NCBI RefSeq assembly: GCF_036588685.1
Contig: NC_086380.1
Location: forward strand, 38,564,001 to 38,628,000
DNA: 64,000 nucleotides
Source of the DNA: Mytilus trossulus
Taxonomy: Eukaryota
Direction of reading: 5' to 3'
Shown: positions 1 through 11,070 of the stretch, one piece after another
Layout: every line of letters starts with the position of its first letter
Position numbering within the stretch: the first letter of the stretch is position 1
Program-made: the position numbers and the translations under genes
The notes under the pieces: generated by a model
The model's database searches: none
What the model saw: the letters and a program-made list of their open reading frames with translations, nothing else
Told to the model about the DNA's origin: nothing

Positions 1-109
1 ACATCACCAGTATCAGGGCTGAAATTTAATGACTCAGGGATATGTCAACGAATGTCTTGTCATTTTTCTGAAAAAAAAGAAGTGCATCGGAAGGTAACAA
101 AAACAAAAA

Positions 110-1447
110 AAGTAAAATCACAAAAATTCTGAACTCCGAGGAAAACTCAAAACGGATAGTCCCTAATCAAATTGCAAAATCAAATAATTAAATACATCAA
201 AAGAATGGACAGCAACTGTCATATTCCTGACTTGGAACAGGCATTTTTAAATGTAGAATATGGTGGATTGAACCTGGTTTTATAGCGCTATACCTCGCAC
301 TTGTATGACAATCGCATTAAATTTCATTATATTTACAGCGATGCTTGAACAAAACAGACAAACACAGGTAAAATAAGCACACTATGAGTACAGCAGTCAT
401 CACTGTGTCACAATCTCAAAACAAACAAATATTTAACAAAAAAGCACAAAAAGCATCTATAAAATTTAAAAACCACATTCATTGTCTGACGTCAGAAATT
501 GTAAACGTCGAATAGGAAAAATTTTGTCGTTCAAAGTATATCTAAAAACACCCAGTTTAACTTCACATGGGGAATGGATGTATACAGGGTTAAAAAATCA
601 AAAGTTATGTAAGGACTAATTTCAGAAACAGACAGAGATTTAAAATTACCCTGAAGTTATTTAGAATTTTCAAGAATCCACATATAGTTAATACCATAAT
701 AATTTTGTCGTTTGTTGTTCAAAGTATTTTCAAATTTATAATAGAACAATAACATAATGACAAATAATAGAACAATAACATAATGACAAATAATAGAACA
801 ATAACATAATGACAGGATCTTTAAAAGTACAGAGTCACGTCATATGAACCAAAGAAACACAAAAAGACGCATATACAAAACACACCAGCAAAAATGAAAG
901 ATAATACAAACACATTGACGGTATGTATAAGTACCGAGTCACGTCAAATAGATATCACAGAAAACAGACCAAACAATAAATTTTATAGTAATATTAAAAA
1001 TTGAACAAAGACAAATAAAAGAACAATATAACATGTTATTAAGATGATAAACAACGTCAATACGCAGAATTTATACGTCAAAACCATCATGTATTATTTG
1101 TGAAGTTGATACGGAATATTTATCAACCAGGTCTTGGTACCTTCCAATGGACATTTATAGAAAAAGGACGTGACGTTCTTTGACACATTCCTGGTTCATT
1201 GACTTTCTTCTCAGACTCTGGTGACGTTTAACAAAGTCTGCGTAGGAGCTGCCAGCTCATGAATATCGAATAAGTTGGGAAATGTATATCCCATGTGCAG
1301 GTGAAGTAAGGATATTGCTACTAAAGTGGGGAATATTTACAATTTCAAAATTGAAGTCGTCTCGTTTGTCATAGATTTTGGTACTAAGATGACTGGGTAT
1401 GTCAAATTTGAGATATAAGTCTAAAAATGAGGCGGAGACCATGTTCA
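110..1447 (-). mobile_element. Penelope-like retroelement, 5'-truncated 3' fragment (RT C-terminus plus long 3' region)
   Basis: ORF 1257-1448 reads FLDLYL..TKIYDKRDDFNFEIVN.PH.SSNI..SPAHGIYISQLIRYS, the RT thumb-region motif of Penelope-like elements. It is degenerate (stop after IRYS). The downstream non-coding region recurs inverted at 1450-2290. Confidence 0.75.
740..814. repeat. 26-bp tandem repeat x3 (AATAGAACAATAACATAATGACAAAT)
   Basis: Copies start at 740, 766 and 792. Confidence 0.9.
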
Positions 1448-1449
1448 TA

Positions 1450-2290
1450 AATGTTTCGTAACAACTTCACAAATAATACACGATGGTCTTGAACTGAAGA
1501 TTATGGGTTCTGACGATGTTTATCATCTTAATAGCGTGTTATACTATTCTTTTATTTGTCTTTGTTCAATTATTTAAAATATTACTATAAAATTTATTGT
1601 TTGGTCTGTTTTCTGTGATAGCTATTTGAGGCGACTCGGTCCTTATACATCCCGTAAACGTGTTATTGGTTTATAATAGTTCTCGTTTTTGTCTTTCATT
1701 ATGCGTATGTGCTTTGTCTATATGCCTTTTTGTGTTTCTTTGGTACATATGACGTGGCTTTGTACTTATACATCCCGTTATTATGCTTTTGTAAAACATT
1801 TTTGTATTCTAGTCTTTCATTTTTGCTAATGTGCTATGTCTATATGCCTCTTTTTGTTTCTTTGATACATATATGACGGGGCTCTGTAAGTGAACATCAT
1901 TGTTTTATTGTGTTATGGTAAATTAGTGTACTCTTGTCTTTCAGTTTTGATTTATATTCCATTTTGTGCTTCTTTGTTTTATAGTGATAAAGACGATACA
2001 CAATGTTGACTGCTGTACCCCTATTTGTGTCTGTTTGTTTTGATCACCCATCGTTGTCAATAAAATGGAAATTGATGCGACTGTCATACAAGTAAAAAGT
2101 CATTTAGAAAGCTTTAAAATCACGTTTAATCCAAAATTCCAAAGGAAGAAAATGCCTGTACCAAATCAGGAATATGACAGTTTTTATCCATTTGTTTTAT
2201 GTGTTTGAGCTTTTGTTTTCGCCATTTAATCAAGTATTTTCTTTTTTGAGTTTTTCCTCGGTGTTGAATACTTTTGTGATTTTACTTCTT
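1450..2290 (+). mobile_element. Second copy of the Penelope-like 3' region, inverted relative to the first
   Basis: 1450-1790 is the reverse complement of about 830-1120, and 2020-2290 of about 110-365, with clear divergence. Confidence 0.8.
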
Positions 2291-3139
2291 ATACAAATGA
2301 GTGAAACGTGTAAACCCGAGCGATCAAATGGTTTATAGTACGGCGGCTTTGTGAAGAATTGTGCACATCCTGATACAAGCATGAAATTTGGCATAGACCT
2401 TCCTCAACTATCTCTCTCTTATTTCAGATAGGGAGCATTTGAAAAAAAGGCCAACTTCCGGTAAAATCCAAAATGGCGGACATCATACTAAAATCAGCCC
2501 TATATCGAAGACTAGTATATGAAAAGGTACTATCATCATGCTACTATCATAATATTTGGTACACATCTTTGTTATGTACTACTTTTGGATATATAATATA
2601 GATTAGATGTCTTCAAAAACCCTATTTCCGGTAAAATCCAACATGACGGACATTGTACTAAAATAAGCTTCTTTTGGGGAGGGTAATTGAAATGTGTTTT
2701 AACTTTTTTAAACATGAGACATATGTCTTTAAAACCCCTACGTCCGGTAATATATAATATGGCGGACAGAGTTTGTGGTAGGATGATTAAAACAAAATGA
2801 AATCACTAAAGAACAAACACATCTTTGGAATTACTTATTTATGGCCGCAAATACATGTTTATTCACAATTGGAGAGCTGATTTTGCCCATTTACAAAAAC
2901 CGTGGTATTGTTTCTTACATCCATAATGTACAAGCACCTGATAAGAAGAATAGACCTCACAAAGGGTTATCCAAAAGGGTTCCCATGGCTCATATTTGTC
3001 CCTTCGCCATTCATAAGCGTCTCAATTAGTTAGCATGGGAACCGATTCCAAGCTTGTTACTCATTCACACCCGCTATGGTATATTGCACGTTCTACATGC
3101 TGAAAAAAGACTAGACCGAGTCGTTGGAATAGCCTCAAT

Positions 3140-3536
3140 AATAGTTATCAAAGGTACCAGGATTATAATTTAGTACGCCAGACGCGCGTTTCGTCTTCAT
3201 AAGACTCATCAGTGACGCTCATATCAAAATATTTATAAAGTCAAACTAGTACAAAGTTGAAGAGCATTGATGATTCAAAATTCCAAATAGTTGTGCCAAA
3301 GGTAGTCTATGCCTGGGATAAGTAAATCCTTAGTTTTTCGAAAAATTCAAAGATTTGTAAACTGGAAATTTATAAAAATGACCACATTATTGATATTCAT
3401 GTCAACACCGAAGTGTTGACTACTGGGCTGGTGATACCCTCGGGGACGAAACGTCCACCAGCATTTGCATCGACCCAGTGGTGTAAATAGTTATCAACGG
3501 TACCAGGATTATAATTCAGTACGCCAGACTCGCGTT
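3140..3536 (-). mobile_element. Non-LTR retrozyme: 346-nt monomer bounded by direct repeats containing the hammerhead cleavage site
   Basis: AATAGTTATCAA.GGTACCAGGATTATAATT.AGTACGCCAGAC occurs at 3140 and 3486 (period 346). A complete hammerhead lies at 3175-3218 and a truncated one at 3521-3536. Confidence 0.85.
3175..3218 (-). ncRNA. Type I hammerhead ribozyme
   Basis: Minus strand: GCGTCA-CTGATGA-GTCT TATGA AGAC-GAAA-CGCGCG-TC^TGGCGT. The core is intact, stem II has 4 bp, stem III is a minimal palindrome (ACGCGCGT), and stem I pairs GCGTCA with TGGCGT. Confidence 0.92.
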
Positions 3537-3888
3537 CCAATGTTGTCATCTTAATGTTATGTTTAACACTGCCATAAAAGTAAGTGCTTTGGCCTGCCAC
3601 AAAACTAGGTTCAACCCTCCATTTTTGTCTCGCCTTGAGGAAGTCAAAAAGTGAGACATAGGTATGCTGTTTACGGCGTCGGCGACGGCGTCAACTATGT
3701 ATTAGTTTGTGATTAGGTCTAGTGTATGGTGAACCACAAGTGGTATGTCAATCATATTTGGTATGCAGTTGTATAAGCATTGGCACATCTCATTTCAATG
3801 GAGATTATTTTGCCCTGCCCCCTCAGTCATGGTCTATTGACTTCGAAACTTTTGCTTATTTTACAAGGTACCAGGATTATAATTTAGT

Positions 3889-3932
3889 ACGCCAGACGCG
3901 TGTTTCGTCTACACATGACTCATCAGTGACGC
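3889..3932 (-). ncRNA. Type I hammerhead ribozyme (solo retrozyme fragment 3865-3938)
   Basis: Minus strand: GCGTCA-CTGATGA-GTC ATGTGTA GAC-GAAA-CACGCG-TC^TGGCGT. Confidence 0.88.
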
Positions 3933-6227
3933 TCATATTAGTCTATCCTCTTAAAAAAACACATGTTTTCTTGCTACGTTAACTCCATCTGATAAGTTTG
4001 TTCGATCTTACAACAAAACCACGTATCGTTTTATCAATGACAATATCAAATCCAAATCCGGTGATGTTGGCTGATCAATCATCATTCAAAAATGTTTAAG
4101 TCATTTTCAAACACCACCCATGTCACCAACGCAGTTCCTTTTCCAGCAAATGTGTAATCTCTCAATGACTAGTCCATTCAAAAGGTCATGGATAGATATA
4201 TATCTAAAGCTTTTCCCACTTCCAAATGAAAGTCAAAGTTCGTCTGCCCCTATGTCACAGAATAGCGAAACAGAAATGACAGCAACACCAGTATCGACTG
4301 ATCGAGTCATGACTCAGTTAAGTCTGTGTTTCACTGCATCAAACACATGTATCTTGATTCTAATGTCAGCATATGCATGTATACATAGTGCTTAACATCA
4401 TCATGTGCTGGATAACACTGAACATCCTGAGCATTTGTTGCTACAACTACCTTTTACTCCAAATTTTATTTCGCAAGCTGATGTGAATGAAAACTAAAAA
4501 GTTCTTTCTTATTGTCGTGATCTCTCAGAAAACTTTGACAATTTTGAGGAATTTGTTTTGATCCTGTATTCGTCTGTATATTCCCTTTCCCCTAAATGTA
4601 ACTCTTGCTTCTTGTACTTCTTGTATCAGCCTTCAAACTACAGTTATTGTCTCTGTACGCATCCGAGACTACATCCACTCTTATAAACTATTTCAAGGTG
4701 TTTCCTAACTAGTATGCTAATGGGTATTGTGTCCTTAATTTGAAACTGTAACAAGAGTGGATGAAGTCTTGAATGCGAATGGTAGTTGTAGCAACAAATG
4801 CTAAGGATATTCTATCTTATCCACCACGTGATGTAAGTTTAGCACCATTTTTACATTAAAAGGCTGACATTAGAATCATGGTGCATGTGTCTGATGCAGT
4901 GAAACACGAACTTAAACGAGTCATGATTCGAACAGTCTTTACTGAAGATGCTGTTAATACTGTTTCTCTATTCCGTGACATAGGGGTAGACGAACTATGG
5001 ATTGTGTTTGGGAGGGCAAATAGCTTTGGATAAATGATATTTCATATGCACTAGGCAGTGAGTGATCACACACACATAATGTGATCCATGCCTTTGCTGG
5101 TTGTGATACTGTTCTCTGTTCGCTTAAAGGCTGTGTGGGAGACATTGATTGCATTTGAAAATGTGACTTTAATATACAGAATGATGATTGATCAACCTAA
5201 ATCACCAGAGTTTTACTGTAAGATCGCACAAATTTAGCAGATGGGTTGAACATGGTTAACAAAGCAAGAAAATTACTATTTTCGCAAAAAAGGGAAGGCT
5301 TACTGAGGCTATTACTTTAACTTGGTCTAGTCTTTTCCAACCTTTAAAACGTGCAATATACTAAGGCAGGTGTTTAGGTGGACGAGCTCCAGGCGCTAAT
5401 GGATGGCGAAGGGACACAGAGGATCCCTTTAAAAAAATCTCTTTCTGAGGCCTCATCATTTTGTCAGAAGCTTGTCAATGTGGATGTAAGAAAGAATGCC
5501 GCGGTCGTTGTTAATGTAGAAAATCGGGTTTCCCGTGCACTGTTTTGTTTGCACATGGTGGTGACTGAGAATAAACATGTATTTTTGGCCAAACATTAGT
5601 AATTTTAAAAATGTTTTAGTACTTTAGTGATTTCATTTTGTTTTAATCAATCTACCTAAAACTCTACATCGAAGATATGGATTGAGGACTCATCTTTGAA
5701 ATTTCTGTCATATTGTTGTTTTTTTGCCGGAAGTGTTAACTTTGTATTTAAACGTTTACAACAGAATAGAATTGGTGGTTTTAAAGATAACTTAAAGCCA
5801 AAGGTTAAATTACCAGCGCAAAAAAATAAATATTTTCTTTACAATTTGAAAAAAAAAGGTTGAATATTAAAATAAAAAAATATTTATATGTCCGCCATTT
5901 TGAATATTACCGAAAGTTATGGTTTTAAAGACATATGTCTTATACATTGTATCCATGAGAAGCACCAAAAGAAAAGTTCCTTCACAATGAAATTATAGTA
6001 GCAATACATTAAAACACATTTCAATTAGTAATACCCTCCCTAAAAAATAAGCTTAATTTAGTACAATGTCCGCCATGTTGGATTTTACCTGAAATAGCAT
6101 TTTTGAAGACATCTAATCTTAAAATATATCCAAGAGTAGTATATAACAAAGGTTTGTACCAAACATTATGATAGTAGCATGATAATAACACCTTTTCACA
6201 TACTAGCCTTCGATATTGGGCTGATTT

Positions 6228-6612
6228 CAATCTTATTAAAAACCGATCTCTCATCTCTCCCGTTTTCTGATATGTCGCTTGGGAGATCTAACGAAACCCG
6301 CTTTGATGTCACATGTGAGTGAATTGGAGGTTTTGAATTTATAATGATATGCAAATAAGTTGACGACCTATTAATAAGCCAATCAAAAAAGTTTATGAAT
6401 TATTTGAACTGACGATTTCTTCGTAAATAAAATGAGTTACATGCCTTTACCTCACAATAAACTTTCAAGATCGTCGAAGACTCATTTTCATTGGTCGAAA
6501 AAGACACACCTACGAGGTCACTCACATGTGACCTCAAAGCGGGTTTCGTTAGATCTCCCACGCGACATATCAGAAAACGGGAGCGATGAGAGATCGTTTT
6601 TTAATTAGATTG
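6228..6612. mobile_element. MITE with about 95-bp TIRs and 9-bp TSD
   Basis: CAATCT...AGATTG termini. GGCTGATTT is duplicated at 6219-6227 and 6613-6621. Inserted in the right arm of the Academ element. A 9-bp TSD fits MULE- or AcademH-type transposition. Confidence 0.9.
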
Positions 6613-8169
6613 GGCTGATTTAAGTATGATGTCCGCCATTTTGAATTTTACAGGAAGTGAGGCATTTTTTTCAAATGCCTCCCTATCTGAAATAAAAGAG
6701 TAATAGTTGAGGAAGGTCTATGCCAAATTTCATGCCTGTAGCAGGATGTGCACAATTCGTCTGAAATATGCTTGTAGCCGCTGTACTATTTGTACCGAAA
6801 TAGACAAATTCTAGTTTCCAAAGTATATCCCGAAATTACAATCAGAATCGTTATTTGCAAGTCACTCCAATATTAAACAATGATAAACAAAACACATATG
6901 TATACTTATGACACAAGAAACACTTGCAAGCGCACTATAAAACATTTGATTTATACCACAGCCTGGCAGAATTTAGTTAACAAACACACTTTTCAAATAT
7001 ATCTTTGTACAGCACAATGAAGAAACACAAGTAAAATGGCAATGTCAATCTGCACAGCACAATGGAACAAAACAAGTCAATGGCACTATCAATTTGCACT
7101 ATCTGTCAAATTGATTACTAGGAAGCAAAATGAAATACATCCTATAATCACTTTAATACAACAATAACAGAATACTCCAACATTGCGAAATTAATTATTC
7201 ACACTATACACTATTCAAATCAATAAACCCAACTATACTAAATCAAGTAGCAAATTGAAAACTATATATTTTCACTGTCAAATAGCTTGACAAATAGCTA
7301 GTCAAATAGCTTGTCAGATAGATATCTCTTATTTATTCCCTGGATATATTATTAGAACATACTCACCCCTTCTCGTCCAATGAAAAGTCAGTTTTTTGCC
7401 CTCTAATTTTCATAGTACATGGTTTTCCATGCACTATGAAATGCTATACATGAATGACTTTTCATTGTCATTTAATTATGAACGTGAACTCTTAATAACT
7501 GCACTAATGAAGTGTACAAGCACCTGAGGCGTTTTCCCTTGGAAAACAGCCTACTAATTAAAGATCAAAGAGCAAACATTAAAACAAATTATTTTGAATT
7601 TTGCAAATTTTCCTGAATTTTCTAATGGTAAACATAATATAGAATAAACAAAAACAATGGGAGTAAGGATGTAGGTAAAATAATATTTATTTGTTATCAA
7701 TCGGGCATTTGAAGGATTTTTTTTCTTTCAAGAAAACAATTTCAGACTGCTCATATATAAAGCAAAGGATTTTTTTTATGGAGAAACACAATACATACTA
7801 AGTTTTCAATAAAAAAGTAAGCATTTAACGTTGAATGGTCTGAATTTAAATGCTTATACAGAGTTTTATATATATACAAAAACTAAAATTTTAAAAAGGG
7901 GATTTATATAACATTATGTTGGTTTTTTTTTAAATAAAAAAATCTAAAACTTTATTAGTATTAAATTTTACCTGAAACAGAAGAAAAACAATTTATCCAT
8001 TCCGTCCTCACAAACTATGTCAGTGCTATTTCATTCCATCCATTGAAATGATTACCTATGTTTTACATTTGGTTCATTATAAAATGTGAACTCTTTTCAA
8101 GGTTGGAATATTACAATGGGAAAGACTAATTTTGTAAGGTCACTCGAAAGTGTGAATATGTTCTAAATT

Positions 8170-8266
8170 GGTCAGACAATACTTGGTCATGTTTTATGAA
8201 AATTTAAGCCCTCGGCTTCGCCTTGGGCTTAAATCTTCATAAAACATGACCAAGTATTGTCTAACC
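8170..8266. repeat. Near-perfect palindrome (foldback mini-element)
   Basis: GGTCAGACAATACTTGGTCATGTTTTATGAA.ATTTAAGCCC / GGGCTTAAAT.TTCATAAAACATGACCAAGTATTGTCTAACC around a GGCTTCGCC centre. Confidence 0.9.
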
Positions 8267-9329
8267 TATAATTAGAATTCCGAATCTTAGAACTATTATT
8301 GATAATCCACACTTCAATTGGAATTTACTATTTTAATCCAAAGAATACATTTTACTCACTATTCAGTATTCACTATATATAAATATATCCGTTCAGAATG
8401 GACTATACACTGACACTGACCAACAACAAATGGAAGTGTTTAACGACCTTGACTGGCTATACAGCCCTCGCACGGTCGGCTCGGTGCCCAAAGGCGTTTG
8501 GTGAGCGTTTCAAAATTTTTTACCATCGGTCAGGAACGAGTGGTGGTCGCCATTTTGGAGGTCGCCATCTTGGTTTTGTGAGCTGTTTTGATTTGGTATG
8601 TTGACTATTTTGATGTTATATTCTTCACTACGGCTGCTTTCATGGCTAGTTTTGTCAGCTTGGCAGCCCGCTAACCGCGATGATGGAGTACTGGTAGATG
8701 AGTCGTGGACGAAGTATTAAAGATGACAGGAAGCATTATCAGGACCAAAGCCGCGAGGCAGTGAAATGAAGGTCAATCATCTAACACCTAGGATACAGCA
8801 CTCGGTCTTCAATCGGCATAAGACTCCCCCATGATACAATGGGTTTTGAAGTTCATGTAAACGCGGGAATACGCCAACTACTACGTTTACTGTACAGCGT
8901 TGGATTGGTTTCTGTCATCTGAAGTAGTAATTCGTTGATGATCTAACTGTAAACCCTCATCGAAGAAAGCGGGTAAAGGAGAGCTGGCAGCAGCACGTCC
9001 GTTCAGCTGTAATGACTGAGACGTGACTGGATTGTGACACTGAACTGCTCTCTCAGCGGTCTTATATACTACCTAAATGGACGAGTCCACGTTCCAATTT
9101 AAGGGTTGATAATAATAAGAAGGTATACTTATCACATGACTTAACAAGTCTATTATCGATAAAAGGGATGTTTCAGTACTTAACAAAGTGTGCTCCTTAT
9201 TTAGGAGGAATTAAATGTGACAAATGAACAGCTTGACATGCTTTAACACGTTTCGCTCCCCGGAATTATTGTGTACCATAACAAAACAAGTATTTTCGTG
9301 ACATGAGTTTGTACATTTTGATATTTTAA

Positions 9330-10018
9330 AGGGGCACTAGCTACGAGATATATGAAAAATCGAAAGAATGATTTTTTTTTGGTCAATCATTAATGAAAGT
9401 GAAATACTGAAATAATAATTTGCTTTTATAAGGTAAAATGGTTCAATTTTGTCAAATTAAGCTGAAAATCATTGAAAATGAATTATTCACTTGCAAGTGA
9501 ATAATACGACCTCATTCAATCCGTATTTATGTGAACTCCAATTTAATCCCGTAGAAAGAGATAAAATAACGCATGCATTGTCCGTGTACGGGTATATTTA
9601 TTTAAAGGAAAAGGATGTCAACATTGAAAGTGAAACAAATGTTAATAATTTGATTCACTGATACGATCCACACAACATTATTCTTTTAAAGGTAAAAACG
9701 ACGATAAACATTAATTTTTAATCTATAATACAAAATTGAATAGACCTATAAAAATCCAATTGCACGAGTTGCTTAATCTATTTATATCTATGTTTATGTT
9801 TACATTGCTTATATGGTCAAAGAAGGTCAACTCGATAGTTAATTAGATGACGTCTTAGCTAAAATTGAAACGAAACGAAGCTACATTTTATTAAGACCAT
9901 GTCCTGTAAATTGTTTATTTTATACTTTTGATGGTTTGGAAAAATGTTTACATTGTTATAAATAAAATATGAGAATTTGAGTCAAATCGGTGAACATGAA
10001 TTTGGCAGCTAGTGTCCC
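9330..10018. mobile_element. Kolobok-like non-autonomous DNA transposon
   Basis: TTAA|AGGGGCACTAGCT ... AGCTAGTGTCCC|TTAA: short TIR with TTAA flanks. Confidence 0.7.
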
Positions 10019-10399
10019 TTAAAGACGGCCATTTAAGAAATTTCCACCCTTTTAAAATTTCTGAGTTGGTCCATAGCTAGTATTGTTTGAAAACCCCAGA
10101 ACTACTATCATGACTATAGGGCCAACATTTGTTTTTATTATCAAACCAATCATTCACCGGACAAACAATGATGTACTTACATTTTCAGTATGTGCTAATA
10201 ACATTTACTTTTTCCATTTTAGTTTTTCTTACCTTCCCTTTTGATGCTGAGAATATATCTATCTTATTCTAACATTGTTGGTGTAATTTTCAGACTTATG
10301 ATACACTTTTTCAAGAAAAAAAATGAAAAATAAAACAAAAGTAACACAATTGTTATAGTCACATAAAAATTTAATAATCTTTTAAAACTAGATTCAAAT

Positions 10400-11070
10400 C
10401 CTGGTGACCAAGGATAGGAATTCCCTATTTCTGATGTAGCTTGTCGCAGACGACATATGATCAAGGGTAAAATTTGCTTCGTCTCTGTCTCAGTCTCTGA
10501 CCTAGCTTGTCCTAGTCGACACGCGACTCAGTATAAGTTTTCTCTTTCTCTGACCAGCGGCTTGTTCTAGTCGAAAGACAACTCAAATCAGGTTAATATT
10601 TTCGTCATTGGTGCAGCTTGTCGCGGTTCAACGACCCAGAATAAGACCTACGTGTCTTTGTCGGAGACACAGGGCAAGATTTTCCTGTCTCTAACAAGTA
10701 TTGTCTTAGTCAACAGCTGTCCCAGGGTAACATTTTTTTGTTTTGATGCAGCTTGTCCAGTTGGATGATCAAAGGTAATATTTGTCTGTCTCTGACCAAG
10801 GTTATCCTATTCAGAAGACTCAGGGTAAAAATTCCCAATCTCTAAACCAACTAAGTTCAGTCTTGAGATGACCACTGTAAGAATTCCTTGTCTTTAATCT
10901 AGATTCCTTGTTGTGTGACCAAGGGTTAGAATCCATGTTTCAGAAACTACTTGTTTCAGTCCGGTGATGATCCAGTGTATGATGTTTTGATGAAGCGTGT
11001 TCCAGTGCAGAAATGACCTAGGGTAAGATGTCCTTGTTTCGAACGTATCTGGTCCCAGTCCTAGGAATTC
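10400..11070. repeat. Degenerate tandem repeat, about 50-60 bp unit
   Basis: The motif GAC.CAGGGTAAGATT...TCTGA..CAGCTTGTC..AGTC recurs about a dozen times with heavy divergence. Confidence 0.7.

Larger units (their letters stand above)
2336..6788. mobile_element. AcademX-type DNA transposon remnant with long inverted arms
   Basis: Termini TAGTACGGCGGCT / AGCCGCTGTACTA. Arms 2336-2865 and 5568-6788 are inverted homologues. Internal degenerate coding includes ADIRIMVHVSDAVKH..KRVMIRT (4862-4935), IHAFAGCDTV (about 5084-5113; XPG/FEN-like) and CGCKKECRGRC*CRKSGFPCT (about 5479-5541; Cys8 finger), the AcademX architecture. Confidence 0.7.
2302..9303 (-). mobile_element. Possible solo LTR (about 2.5 kb net) interrupted by the Academ composite
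   Basis: TG...CA termini (TGAAACG / CGTGACA, imperfect inverted repeat) flanked by TGAG on both sides (2298-2301, 9304-9307). Minus-strand TATATAAG near 9061-9068 is followed by TCAGT, and AATAAA lies near 7332. A 4-bp match can occur by chance. Confidence 0.35.

Noticed and set aside
8442-8480. Structured motif sharing AGCCAGTCAAGGTCGTT with about 38487-38503 as a ribozyme
   Set aside because: Could not be fitted to hammerhead, HDV or twister consensus by eye.
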